Below are positions 13,314 through 26,405 of a stretch of 64,000 bases of DNA, one piece after another. Numbering within the stretch: the stretch's first letter is position 1; every line of letters starts with the position of its first letter. A program made the position numbers and the translations under genes. The DNA is from Octopus sinensis. Taxonomy: Eukaryota. Below the pieces are notes generated by a model. It searched no databases, was not told where the DNA came from, and saw only the letters and a program-made list of their open reading frames with translations. The stretch lies in contig NC_043005.1 of NCBI RefSeq assembly GCF_006345805.1, positions 60,016,001 through 60,080,000 of the forward strand, in the 5' to 3' direction.

Positions 13314-13400
13314 ATATAGAAACGTGTGTGTGTGCCTATGTCTGTGCATGCCTGTGAGGGTATTGTGTGTGTGGAAAACATTATTTGAAATCACAGGTTA
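12515..13400. repeat. ~200-bp direct duplication (12515-12731 and 13227-13400) bracketing a SINE
   Basis: Both copies read tataagtggatt(c/g)cttatgtgttta(g/a)atatacactatatcgtatgactatatcg..(TA)n..aaacgtgtg..gcatgcctgtgagggtattgtgtgtgtggaaaacattatttgaaatcacaggtta. Confidence 0.9.
12731..12965 (+). mobile_element. tRNA-like SINE, family B
   Basis: aaggcggcgagctggcagaa...gagttcaaa(a)ttccgccgaggtcgactttgcctttcatcctttcggggtcgataaattaagtaccag...taaagaaa; many homologous copies in the window. Confidence 0.88.
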
Positions 13401-13834
13401 ATTATTGCAAGTAAATGAATGTACGAATTATGTTTCAGTTCAAGGACGATATTCAAACGCCATTATCTATATAGGATACAATTGAAACGAAATAAGCAAA
13501 CATTACACGATTCTCTCCAGAAGGGACACATCGCAGATTATTGAGAGGGGGTACAGAATTTCTGTAAATATGACGTGATGTTTATAATTTGAAAGCCCCT
13601 GCGCATAGGTCAGATTAATCAAGGATGACCTGGAGTTAAACATTGACATTAGCTATAACGGTTTATTGGAAATTGTCAATAATCTGATCACAGGCAATTT
13701 TCAATGAATGCAAAACAAACAAATATGCTTCAATATACTGCTTTTAATTCAAGTGTCTACCTAACGTTTGGAATAATGATCGTAGGGCAAATAAATCCTA
13801 ATATTGATATCATATATTCTTTCTTTCATCCTTT

Positions 13835-13835
<1 letters not shown>

Positions 13836-13872
<37 letters not shown>

Positions 13873-13873
13873 T

Positions 13874-13907
<34 letters not shown>

Positions 13908-13960
13908 TCTTCTTCTTCCTCTTCTTCTTCTTCTACTTTTTCTTCTTTTTCCTTCTCCTC
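13836..13960. repeat. (CTA)n/(CTT)n microsatellite
   Basis: Directly visible. Confidence 0.95.
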
Positions 13961-15755
13961 CTTTTCCTCCCTCCAGTTTGAACTAGTCTAAATGTAAGAG
14001 ATGTTAGTTTTGCTAACCAATTCGGTTATTGTATCTCGTTTCTTATCTATGACCACATAGTAACTTCACTAAATCTGATATTACATTGGAAAATTTCACA
14101 AACGTCTTCCGTCAAAGACCAATATAAAACAAAGCCGTATAATGTGTATGCATGTGTGTATATGCATGCAAGTATGCATATATGGATGTCTAGAGACGTG
14201 AATGAGTATATGATATTGTGTAAAAGGACATGTTATCATATCGTGATTACCACTCGGTATTAGTAGTCTCTCCGCTCCTAATTGCAAGCAAGTGTACGTA
14301 TCTAATAAAGCAATATATAATAATATGAAATCAGAGTTGTATATAACAATATTGATATATTCTCATATCTAAAGCTCATTCTCAACTCTCACCAAATTAA
14401 TTTATCCCTATTTCTACTTGATTATCACTGCCTGTCAATAATCGAAAAATCCGAAAGCCTGAGATAGTCCTTTTGCATTAACATTGCTTTGTCAAATATT
14501 ATGCTTATTTATTCATATTGTTTTGAATTAATCATGCATTATATTCTAGCTTAATAGGACGTGTTTGGTCTTCCACAAAAATAAGATTTTGCAGAGAATT
14601 AAAATATTTGAGCCAGATATAATCATTATATTTTAAACATATAATTGAAGGATACTTTGATAGAAATATGAGTTGGTCACTATATTGTTATTTACTAGAA
14701 AACATATATGATGATGAGCAATGTTTCCATATAATTTCATATTATATAATTCATGATTTTGTTAATAGTCAGTTATCTGTTTAACCGGAAAGAAATAATA
14801 CAGTTATTAATAAGAAAATCAAAAACTAATGCATACTGGACTTCACAGCTGTAGCCTCACTCCTTCATAGACATCCTATGAACATTTAACCCACCCTCGT
14901 ATTTCTTCGAATTAGTTAATTTTCATAAATGTGCAATTTAATGGAAACTAGATCACCTGCACTCAGGGGTAATAGTTTAGAATAATCTGGAATTTCATTC
15001 ATTCCTTTTTTCATTTGCAGAACACCAGATGAGAGAATTTGTAAATCATTATTTATTTAAACGGTGAGGTGAACTTCAGAAAGCTGAGAACCACAGCGCT
15101 CATATAGCGAAATCAAGCAAAAACACTGTTTGAATCCATTTGTGATTCATGGAAATACATCTCATTTCCAGTGTTTTGATAGTTTATCATTTACTTAAGA
15201 CACCATAATAATTTTTCAGATTCATTTCTACTTGATATGGTTCGTACAACTTGATAACATTGCAACATAGAGTGAAATCTAATGAACAGCTTGGAAGATA
15301 TCCAAGTAGATGAACAAAAGCAATTCATCATTAATCACTGTCTAGTCTACTCTAGTATGATACTGATAGAATAGAATGTAGGACTATATTGTTAGCATTT
15401 CATTATAACCAACTTGCTCAAAGAAAAATCTGAACAAGGCGATATGAAGAACTCATCAGATTGTAGACACATTTCTTGTAGCTATCATTGTAGGTGTTTT
15501 GTGTATTGATAAAATCAAGTACGCTATTCCCAAATACAACCATTTTATATAGAGAAAGGCACAGAGGAAGCCATTTTCAATGCCGTGACATATTCACATG
15601 CTCTCATCTACGTTCTGATTTCAAATCTTACCAGGCTTTGCTGTAAACTCTTTTGGGGTCGATATGTCGGTATTATGAAGTAGCAGTGAAATACTAGTTC
15701 AATGTAATCTATTAAGACCCCTGCAACCACAGAATGCTGCACATCTTGTAATATT

Positions 15756-15838
<83 letters not shown>

Positions 15839-16023
15839 AAAGGGCAGCAGTTTGGGACAATCACAAGAGCGTCGAAAAATACTTCAGAGTATTACTTCTG
15901 GGTCCGGAAAATGAAGTACTATTCGAGTATTGCGATCGACATAACCAACTACTAGCCTCTTTCCCATCGAGATTTTAAACGACATGATTTTGAACCAATA
16001 GTAATTATTATTATTATTATTAT

Positions 16024-17225
16024 CATTGAGAGAACATCAAAGTAACACTGGAGTAAAAATACACGAAGCTCAATATACCCATCATGACTACCCGTCTGTT
16101 AAGGGCGCACTAGGCACATGAATCACACCGATATGTGCACGACATGGTGATCTGATATAAAGATAAATAGAACATGATCTTACAGGTGGGGCCCAGTTAC
16201 AATTTTCTTCAGATTGAGTAGAGCATCCTGCTCAAAAGATCCATGAATAAGGGTTGTTTAACGATCTTGAAAAAAACACCAATGTTTCAGAGGTAAATTA
16301 TCCCAACCCCAATGAATTCCTCTCAACACATGGCTATGATGCTCCCCCATTACTTCTGTTGGTGATCATCAGCAACTAAGAGACATTCTTATCTGGTTAA
16401 GGTCAAGCAACTGACAAGCAAATATGTGGTACTGAGTAAAATATTTGCTGTAGCTCACCTTTTATATCAAGACAAAATATATACATGATAACACTTCCAG
16501 CAAGTTGAGAACAGAAACCATGAGAGCCAATGCCTGGTTGGAGATCAGGGCATTCATTAATATTTTTATTGAATTAGAGAGAAGTGCATACCATCAAAGA
16601 GATACTGGGATAAAATGTACGAAGCCCAGTATACCCATCATGACTACTATCTGATAAAGGTACACTAGGCACATGCATCTCGACCATATGTGCACGACAA
16701 GGTGATATACCAAGATAAGCAGTTAGAATTATCTTCAGTTAGAATTATCTTCAGGCTGAGTGGCCCATCTCGCACAAATGGTCCCTGGAAAAGGGTTGTT
16801 TAAGGATGTTGAATGAAACACCCATTTTTACAGAGGTGAATTATCCAAACCCCAAAGAATTCCTCTCAACACATGGCTATAATAGTCCCCCACTACTTCT
16901 ACTCTTGATCAGAGTTACACATATCATCAGGCAGCAAGGGACGCACTCAATTGGTTATGGTCAAACAACTTACAAACATATCTGTGGTACTGAGCAGAAT
17001 ATTTGCTGTAGACAATCTTTTATACCAAGACAAAACAATGTACATGATAACACTCAGAAGCCATGAGAGCCACTGCCTGGTACTCTATCAAGGCATTAAC
17101 AAATCTGTGGTTTTGAGCAGAATATTTGCTAGACCCTATCTTTTGTACCAAAAAAAACAAAAAACAATATACATGATAACACTTCCAGTCAGTTAGGTCA
17201 CTGTCTGGTACTGCATCAAAGCACC
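16024..17225 (-). mobile_element. Tandem copies (two near-complete, one partial) of a ~550-bp non-coding element associated with (TAA)n
   Basis: Units ~16024-16560, ~16575-17097 and 17098-17225 are reverse complements of 34611-35170 (e.g. tacccatcatgactac, ctcaacacatggctat, gaatatttgctgtag, catgataacact). Strand is assigned by the (TAA)n tail. Confidence 0.8.
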
Positions 17226-17251
17226 ATTATTATTTTTATTATTATTATTAC

Positions 17252-17308
<57 letters not shown>

Positions 17309-17339
17309 CTTTATTATTGTTACTCTTATTCTTGTTCTT

Positions 17340-17990
17340 AATTCAGGCTTTGGTGGAGCCCCTGGAGTTTTGCATGCATAGCGGATTTGCTACCTGCATC
17401 TTACAGCACCATCCTATCTGTTCTTTTTCAACTCCCTAATATTTTCCTGGGTATTGTAGGCGTACCAAGAAGGTGAACCTTTTGCAACAGTTCTAATGGG
17501 CACACTATTCTGATTTCCTTTATATTCTTCTAGATGCATTCTGATTCTATCTCCAATGACCCAACAATAACCTTCACCTTCATCATCATTTTCCATGACC
17601 GAGCTATTTAGTACTTAAGAATGTATTTATTAATTTTTTCGCCTTCCTTGTTAACTATTTGTAGGTCAGATGGGTAGGTAACATTAACTATATAGCACAT
17701 GCGTTGCTTCTTGTCCATCGTCACTAGGTCCGCTCTGTTATTTTCTAGCTCCTGATCTATTTGGATTGGGAAATCCCACATGTTTTTGCAGATCTCCAGC
17801 TCAGCCAGTCTCTGATGTGCGGTGTAGTTGAAGTTCAAGTTACACGTTTGCCTTTGATCTTCCTGATTAGTCTACAATGGACCCCCATTGCAACAATAAT
17901 CCGGCTCTGTGCCTATGGTAGAAACAATAATTTTATTTCTTCCTGGAAGATTAGAAAAAAACAAGAAAAGTATTGGAAGTTGCACAACAA
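17340..17990 (-). mobile_element. R4/Dong-like non-LTR retrotransposon 3' remnant (restriction-like endonuclease)
   Basis: KNMWDFPIQIDQELENNRADLVTMDKKQRMCYIVNVTYPSDLQIVNKEGEKINKY matches the RLE pattern (LWD..IQTD..NRPD..C.I.DV..P.D..KE.EK..KY). (TAA)n tail on the minus strand at 17226-17330. Confidence 0.85.
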
Positions 17991-18174
17991 CAATAAATTC
18001 CTACGGTGGTGAGGAAAAAATCAAAGAACTGCAGTCCGTTCATCCCAGATAGCAACAAGAAAACAAGATTAAAATCATAAACAAGAGGGGAAGCTAAACG
18101 AATTACCGGTGAAAATAAAAAACAACTTCATGAAAAGCCAAATGAAGGATAACAATAGAAAACTTGATATTGAT

Positions 18175-18380
18175 TTCAAATGTTGGCACAAGGCCAGCAA
18201 TTTAAAAGGGGTTAAGTCAATTGAATAGAACCCATTGCTCAACTGGTACTTGCTTTATCAACCCTGAGAGGGTAAAAAGCAAAGTTGACCTCGGCGAATT
18301 TTAACTGCGAACGTGAAGTTTAAGAATATTGCCGTTAAGCATTTCCCCTGCATGCAAACGATTCTGCCAGCTCAACGCCT
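18175..18380 (-). mobile_element. Diverged SINE family B copy
   Basis: Reverse complement reads aggcgttgagctggcagaatcg...aaattcgccgaggtcaactttgc...gttgataaagcaagtaccag. Confidence 0.75.
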
Positions 18381-18540
18381 GAAGGCAAAACTGATAATGA
18401 GACCTCTACTCCACAAAATACTTTTGGTAATAAAAGAAACGTGAATTTGTTAATTTTGTTTTCGACGCGTAGGACTAAGGTCGATTACCTGGAGGGGTTG
18501 AAGGTTGAGGAAAGGGGGTCAAGTCGATTAAATCGAATTC

Positions 18541-18586
18541 AATAATTGTTGTTGTTGTTGTTGTTGTTGTTGTTCTTCTTCTTCTT

Positions 18587-18617
<31 letters not shown>

Positions 18618-18626
18618 TTATTATTA

Positions 18627-18660
<34 letters not shown>
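18541..18660. repeat. (GTT)n(CTT)n(ATT)n compound trinucleotide repeat
   Basis: Directly visible. Confidence 0.95.
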
Positions 18661-18663
<3 letters not shown>

Positions 18664-19233
18664 TCCTCATTCTTCTTCTACTCTTCTCTCTCGGAGTCCC
18701 AATTTTAAGACTTTCTAGCATATATATTTTAGTCTTGTGACCATTCTTAACTATTCACTTGCATTTCTTATAGTATCTCTTTATCCCCTATAATATTAGA
18801 ACGAAAATCCTTTTTTCAAATACACTACATCAATTTTTAATATCTATTTCAGCAAAGTACTGAATATTCTATTTAGAGAGCAACATATAGCCGATATTAA
18901 GATATCGCGTTTAATTTGTCGTAATACATCACACACACACACAGATACTCACAGAAACACACTCTTTCTCCCATACACACACAAACACACGCACACAGTA
19001 TTATTGTCTCCAATGTTTTAGCAAAATAATCTGATTTCCCAATTCATAGGTAACTCAATCCTATTGACTAGCACTACGCCCTCTACATATATCTGGTGTC
19101 CTTCATATTTGTTTCAAGTATTTTAAAACACACACACGCACACACACACACAACACACACACACAAACACACACACACATTCGTATATGTGTGTATGTAT
19201 GTAGGTATACGTGTGTGTGTGTGTGCGAGTGTT

Positions 19234-19279
<46 letters not shown>

Positions 19280-22200
19280 CCACATTCTTTACCTGCAAAC
19301 CAAGACAGGCAAATATTGTATCGGAAATTATTAGTATTTTTATGAATAATGTAAAAAAAAAGTAAAACGAGAAGTAGATTATTCATTGATTTTCTTTAAA
19401 TAATCTTGCTAACAATTTTGCTGGTATTTTCACAAAGAACTGCCTAGAGGAAGCCAATTTTAACTTTAATAGAAAGTAACCGCTTTCGTTCATAGACGAA
19501 AGTGTATAAATCAAAGAAAATTACGAGTAAATAAGTATAAACTGAAAATTGTAAATCAATGGGCAGGATAAGTTGAGATATATTCAAAAGTAGATGGTGG
19601 GGAATTATCAATTTGACAGCAACATATTGACAAACAAAACGCATTGTAGGAAATATCAGACCAATTCATTGTCTCTTCCACATACCGAGGCCGCTTCACC
19701 TGTGGAGTGATCTATCTATATTATTGTGGTTTCGATAACAAAAAATCCTGGTCGATATACTAGTGAATTTCATTGTTTCCATTCACCGTCACTAGTTCAG
19801 AGAGACGTGTATCTAGCAGCGATGTGTACTAGCGTTACTTGTTATCCTCGATCTTCACCTTATAATTCAGCGAGCAGATTGAAGTCTCCTAGGTATATGT
19901 AGAATTGAACTAAAATTCGTTTTGAAGTACAAATGCCACTGACGTTATGTATATATATATGGAGACCGCTATAAAATAAAATATAATTTGCCGAAGGCGA
20001 AGAAAATAGTATCGAAGAATTTACACATTTCCAACGATTATAATACTATAAAATAAATGTGTTAAGAAGAAATCGATCAGTTATGGTTTCCTTCTCGCAC
20101 TAGCTGAAAGAAATTGGTATAAACCCTAATTAGTAGAAGTAAAAGAAAAGACAAATTGTAGACGGCGTGTGTAAATGAGGCTGTAAGATTGAAAATAAAA
20201 TTAATTTAGGTACATTCAAGCTAGAAGACCTTAAAGGTAAAGATGTTTGCAATTCTACTTAAGTAGTCAAATAGAGTGTAAGGATTCGAACCGTAACCAA
20301 AAGAATCATGATCGAGTCATCACAGGCTCACGTGATAGATCTATAATCGACAATATAACATATATATAAATAGATAAAAATAAATAAATAAAATATATAT
20401 AAATAAATAAAAATTATATATACATAAATAAATAGAAGTAAGGTCTTGGTTATCGTTACTATCGACCTGAATGTTCAGTTGTTTGTCACATCTTTTGTTT
20501 TTCTTTATTTAAGCTAGAAAGTGCGTTTTCTTAACATGGAGTGTATTCACACATCAGAAAAATGTTAGAAGAATCTTGGAGCTAGTGCCTTAATTTAACA
20601 GTTTTCGATCGGTGTTGATATATGCAACTTTCCTTTCTTTTTTAAAACATGAATCAGCAAATAATTTCTCATATCTGATCCTCGCGTCGAGTTGGATACA
20701 AATCAAACCAGTTTGGACGTTGAGAGAGACGTATTAGAAAATTATCTTCAATCCATTCTGCTTCAACAATTAAATAAAATTTAACTGTAGCAGTTTTGTA
20801 AATTCTTTCAATAAGGAATAGTTTTCTTTTATTTTATTTATAATTTTTTTTGGTTCAAACTGCCATGGTATGAATGAGATTTACGATGGTTGGGTTTATG
20901 TGAACGAACCAAATTACCTCAAAATATTTTTTTAAACAATCTGTCATAGTATTTCAGAAAGACACATTCATAGAGTAAAAATATATAACAATTCATTATT
21001 GGCGTTGAGACTGCTCCGTTTAGGTAGCAAAGGGAGCATTACTGTTGATTTTTACCAATGCAGAAAACTTAGTTTCAAATATATCATACTTCTAATCTGA
21101 TGGCTAAAGTCGAAACATCTAACAGCATCGATAAGAAAATATGGCAAAACTTTGTACTAGAATCTGCTACAATTTTACAGGAAAATATGTGTAAAAGAGG
21201 GTGCATTAAACACCAAAGTTTAATGGCATTTTGCGAATCAAATGCAGGTATAAAACAAACTTAGAATAAGTTATTTTTCACAGCAGATGTCAGTTAATTC
21301 AACCAATATTTCTCATTGTAATTAACAGGGTATTCTTCATCGATATAACAAAAGTGAAAAGCGCGCATCCCGCGAAACAGCAACTGATAACGTATGCTCT
21401 GCGTGTAGTTAACCTGGTAAAACATCATTTCAGCTTAAAAGCATTGGATATGCACATCAACGGCTCAGTATGAACTGATGGTGGCCACATCGATTATATT
21501 AGGATTGTACATAAATATCATTTACTGTGTGTGTAGTGTGTTTCGACTATATCTGGGAAGGCGGTAAATATCAATACATGACGCTTGATAGAAGAATCTT
21601 CATTCACATTCGTTAGGTTTCAAAAAATTGCCCAAAAATATTATACAATATGTTTTGATTGGTTGCGTTCAGGTAGTGAACGATCTTTCAATCACTAATT
21701 TCAAACAATTTGTGATGCATGGTGAGTGTATGCTTACAATATCTAGACGTATAAAGATCTTACTTTGGACGTGTTTTGATGCCCTCAGGCTTAATGAAGA
21801 GTTCGGGGATATTTTAAGCAAACAGAAAATTATCTTTCTGCTAGCTCCGTTCTCAAAGTTTAGACAGATGCTGGAAAACTTGTCAGATACGTTCATCCAT
21901 TGAATGAACTAATTATTTCACTTCATGTAACTATTGCTTGTGAGAAGCTAGCCTCCTTCAACAAGTAAAAATCAGAGAAAATAAATTTGGAGATTTTCAA
22001 CGTGCTCGGATGCAGGCGCAATCACATATGAAATATACCATCATAAACTGATCTAGAAATATCATTTTCTTGAAGATTCCTTTTTTATTTGGAGGTTTTG
22101 ACGCCCGTATCTGCTGAATTAAAGAATTCTTTGCGGTTCGAAATTAGGGATATACCCAATGAAGAGTTTTCAGGAGAAAACCTCATGACCATTCAAAATA

Positions 22201-23599
22201 ATTGGCATCAGAAATATATGTTGATCGAAAATTCCTACCACAATTTTAGGAGAATCACAGATTCAAACATTTACAGATTTAGTAAATAAAGCCTTTCGTT
22301 TGTGTTCGACTACACAACGTTGGTAACTAGAATTTTTCTCCTAATTTCAGTAACATTTCAGACATTCAATATGATATGGAGATTGTTCTTAATACCAACA
22401 TAACTCACATTTCAGTGTTAGTTGAATTAATGCTATCTATTTATCAAATATTTCATTATTAGTAATACCATAATACTGAGAGTTGTAGTCTTGACACTGG
22501 TTAACATTCTTACAGGTAATTTTACTTGAAACTTTGTAATATTTAATTTACCAGTTTGAAATGTTAATTTTCTTTATTATTATATTAACCTTCGAATCAG
22601 GGTATGGAAGAAGGATTTGAACCTCTAGATCATATGTAAATTCTGAAAATATTTAAGAAACGTTGTATTTGATGTCTACTGAATTTTAATATTAGGAAAG
22701 GAAATCAACCTAACAACTGTTAAATATAGTTTTATTCTCATGCGTAACTGCGGTAGGAAATATTATATTTACTATGATCGCGACACATCTACTTCTTAAT
22801 AATGAAAAAAAAAACCGACAAACAGTATGTAAACTAAAACCTGCTATAGATAAAGAAGGAAAAGACGAATATTTTAAAAACACTGTTTATTTTCGCCAAA
22901 ACGAAAACTAAGATAAGATAAATATTAAATTATCGTAGTCAGACTAAAGAAAGATTTTGGAAAGGAAGTGGAAGCTAGATCCATCAGATACAACTGTGTT
23001 TAGCACAGAAATATATATATATATTTTTTAGTTTCTGCCTGAAGCATAGACAAGATTAATGTAGAATACTTTGACGTCTACAATAAGAACACGGAGGAAA
23101 ACAGAAATGTAAATATAGAAATCAAAGGTAAGTAAACAGTATGAAAAGACAATAAAAAAGTTCACTACAGACGGTAGAAAATGGCAAGACTTTATTAGAA
23201 ATATATTAGAAATATTTTCAAGAAAGTACAATATTGCTTCTGGCTGCTGCAACAGTGACAATGTGGCAGAGTAAGTGACAAATTACTCACCTACAATAAG
23301 CAATAACATTAAAATTCAAATATATTAACCCTAAAAAATCAAGAATTACTGATACCTGTAAAGTAAATGAAAAGAAATAATTGCATCATCATTAACTTGA
23401 CTGTTGAAATAAAAGAAACAACACCACAAGTGCATGATAACCTTAAAAGACATTTCATCATTAACATAAATGTGACAATAAAATTTATATCAGGTGTTTG
23501 GAATAATGTGTTAGACTTACGCTAAAACGCAATAATTTAAATGAAAAACATAGCAGCCACAAAACATACCAGCAATGATATGATGAGGAGTTTCAAGTT

Positions 23600-24075
23600 T
23601 CCGGGTCGATAAATTAAGTATCAGTGAGACACTGGGGTCGATGTAATCGACTTAATCTGTTTGTCTGTCCTTGTTTGTCCTCTCTGTGTTTAGCTCCTTG
23701 TGGGTAGTAAAGAAATAGGTATTTCGTCCGCCGTTACGTTGTGAGTTCAAATTCCGCCTAGGTTGACTTTGCCTTTCATCCTTTCGGGGTCGATAAATTA
23801 AGTATCAGTTACGCACTGGGGTCGATGTTATCGACTTAATCCGTTTGTCTGTCCGTGTTTGTCCTCTCTGTGTTTAGCTCCTTGAGGGTAGTAAAGAAAT
23901 AGGTATTTCGTCCGTCGCTACATTGTGAGTTCAAATTCCGCCGAGGTTGACTTTGCCTTTCATCCTTTCGGGATCAATAAATTAAGTACCAGTTACGCAC
24001 TGGGATCGATAATCCGTTTGTCTCTCCTTGTTTGTCCCCTCTATGCTTAGCTCCTTGTGGGTAATAAAGAAACAG
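23600..24075 (+). repeat. Head-to-tail tandem array of 5'-truncated SINE family B bodies (~184-bp unit, ~2.6 units)
   Basis: Unit starts ggtatttcgtc at 23718 and 23902; each ends gtagtaaagaaata or similar. Confidence 0.9.
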
Positions 24076-24730
24076 ATATATGTTTTAATAGTTACGTATC
24101 TGCGTGATCGAGAATGCATTTAGACGATGGATGCTCTGTAAACTTTTTTGCTACTGAATTATTATTCTTTAGCATATGGTCTTCGTAAATATTTCTTGTT
24201 TTCCAGGACATTAAATGACGATGTCATTCTGTTTAAAATGTATTAAGTTATACTGCGGATTTGAATTGTTATAGAAACACAAGCATTTGGTTACTCAGCG
24301 AATTTAAGAAATTTATCGGTACGCGTATTCAACAACTTGTCACTTGAAAAGCGTAGCTATATGAAATATGTACATACAGCACACCGCTCTATGTGGTAGA
24401 AATAATGTATAACTGGGCCGTGTTGTGTTAAGATTTAGTTAATGCACGAAATTCAAAGAATTGAACTGGAAATTAATGCATCAACAAAATTTAATCCAAA
24501 AATATTAAGGTAGCATACGTGAATGTATTATTAAGCCATTCTATACAAGGCCATGATGTTTCTCATTCACTGGAACACATAAATGAATTCCTTCTACTAG
24601 AGTTGCTACAGTCTCATCGTTTACATATGTGTAAAATTAGGCACAAGAAGCTAATAAATCCCTCATAAGTATATGTATGTCTATGTGTGTATTTATGCAC
24701 ATGTGTGTGTATAAATGTATCTACAAGTGC

Positions 24731-24774
<44 letters not shown>

Positions 24775-24933
24775 AAATGCTTCACAACATATTTTCTCTA
24801 TTTCATCACTCCTCTAGTACAAACCTCTTAAAATATTCTAATGTGGTCACATCTCCAACACTTTCATTTAGTTTATCAACATTTTTCTTCGCACATTGAC
24901 CCCAGTAATGTAATTTCATTATTTTGTCCAAGT

Positions 24934-24991
<58 letters not shown>

Positions 24992-25446
24992 GGCTCAGTA
25001 AAATAAATTACTTTGCCACATACTGAATTCATTAGAAATAGCAGCTAAAATTTTTTAAACTATTTCTAATACTTAAAGAAAATCTCTCTCATATAGTAAT
25101 TTATTTTACTAAGCCCTTTTATATAATGTAATAATTTGAATTCGCCTTAAATGGTCCCTTTACATACTGAATACTTGGTAAAATTGATTAATAATTAATT
25201 AATTTTACCCTCAATTGTTGAAATTATAATTCATTTCTCTCTCTATTTAATGCTTCGGTCTTTACCGATAAAACAAAGTGTTTACTAATTTTAACCCACA
25301 CTGGTGGAAAGGGGAGAGCAGAAATTCTTCGCTTGCATATTTTGAATTTGCTAACACTGATAGTCCGAGCAGATCTTCAGAAGTGATAGGAAGCTAAAAG
25401 GGTATGCTCCCGCTTTCAGTGTTCCCAAATCCGAACCAAGGAATTC

Positions 25447-25498
25447 TGAGCTGACGAAAGAAATGTCGATTTGACTAATCTAGAAACGTACGTTCTCA
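25447..25498 (+). ncRNA. Minimal type I hammerhead ribozyme motif, copy 1
   Basis: TGAG CTGACGA [a-AGA-aat-GTC-gattt-GAC-taa-TCT-a] GAAA C-GTAC-G T T / CTCA. Stem I 4 bp, complete core, stem III 2 bp with palindromic GTAC loop, GUU triplet. Stem II is imperfect (A.A at its base). Confidence 0.72.
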
Positions 25499-26004
25499 AA
25501 TAACCTTTGCATTTGTGATGTTTTAATGTTTTTACCCTCATACTTTCGTGAGTTGACTTGAGCAAACACTATATGAGAGAGATTTTCTTTAAGTATTAGA
25601 AATAGTTTAAAAAAATTTTTAGCTGCTATTTCTAATGAGTTCAGTATGTGGCAAAGTAATTTATTTTACTAAGCCCTTTTATATAATGTAATAATTTGAA
25701 TTCGCCTTAAATGGTCCCTTTACATACTGAATACTTGGTAAAATTGATTAATAATTAATTAATTTTACCCTCAATTGTTGAAATTATAATTCATTTCTCT
25801 CTATTTAATGCTTCGGTCTTTACCGATAAAACAAAGTGTTTACTAATTTTAACCCACGCTGGTGGAAAGGGGAGAGCAGAAATTCTTCGCTTGCATATTT
25901 TGAATTTGCTAACACTGATAGTCCGAGCAGATCTTCAGAAGTGATAGGAAGCTAAAAGGGTATGCTCCCGCTTTCAGTGTTCCCAAATCCGAACCAAGGA
26001 ATTC

Positions 26005-26056
26005 TGAGCTGACGAAAGAAATGTCGATTTGACTAATCTAGAAACGTACGTTCTCA
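26005..26056 (+). ncRNA. Minimal type I hammerhead ribozyme motif, copy 2
   Basis: Identical to copy 1, 558 nt downstream. Confidence 0.72.
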
Positions 26057-26345
26057 AATAACCTTTGCATTTGTGATGTTTTAATGTTTTTACCCTCATA
26101 CTTTCGTGAGTTGACTTGAACAAACACTATATGAGAGAGATTTTCTTTAAGTATTAGAAATAGTTTAAAAATTTTTTTTTTTTAGCTGCTATTTCTAATG
26201 AGTTCAGTATGTGGCAAAGTAATTTATTTTACTAAGCCCCCTTTTATATAATGTAATAATTTGAATTCGCCTTAAGTGGTCCCTTTACATACTGAATACT
26301 TGATAAAATTGATTAATAATTAATTAATTTTACCCTCAATTGTTG

Positions 26346-26404
<59 letters not shown>

Positions 26405-26405
26405 T

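Larger units (their letters stand above)
24983..26353 (+). mobile_element. Tandem array of a ~560-bp hammerhead-bearing unit (~2.2 units) with an inverted 5' arm, inside (TA)n
   Basis: Unit starts aatttattttactaagccc at 25098, 25658 and 26221, with only a few substitutions. 24987-25097 is the reverse complement of the unit's last ~110 bp. (TA)n on both sides. Confidence 0.93.

Noticed and set aside
20500-22300. Possible decayed transposase or viral gene (short ORFs 21628-22289)
   Set aside because: I translated parts of both strands and found no DDE, RT, helicase or capsid motif.
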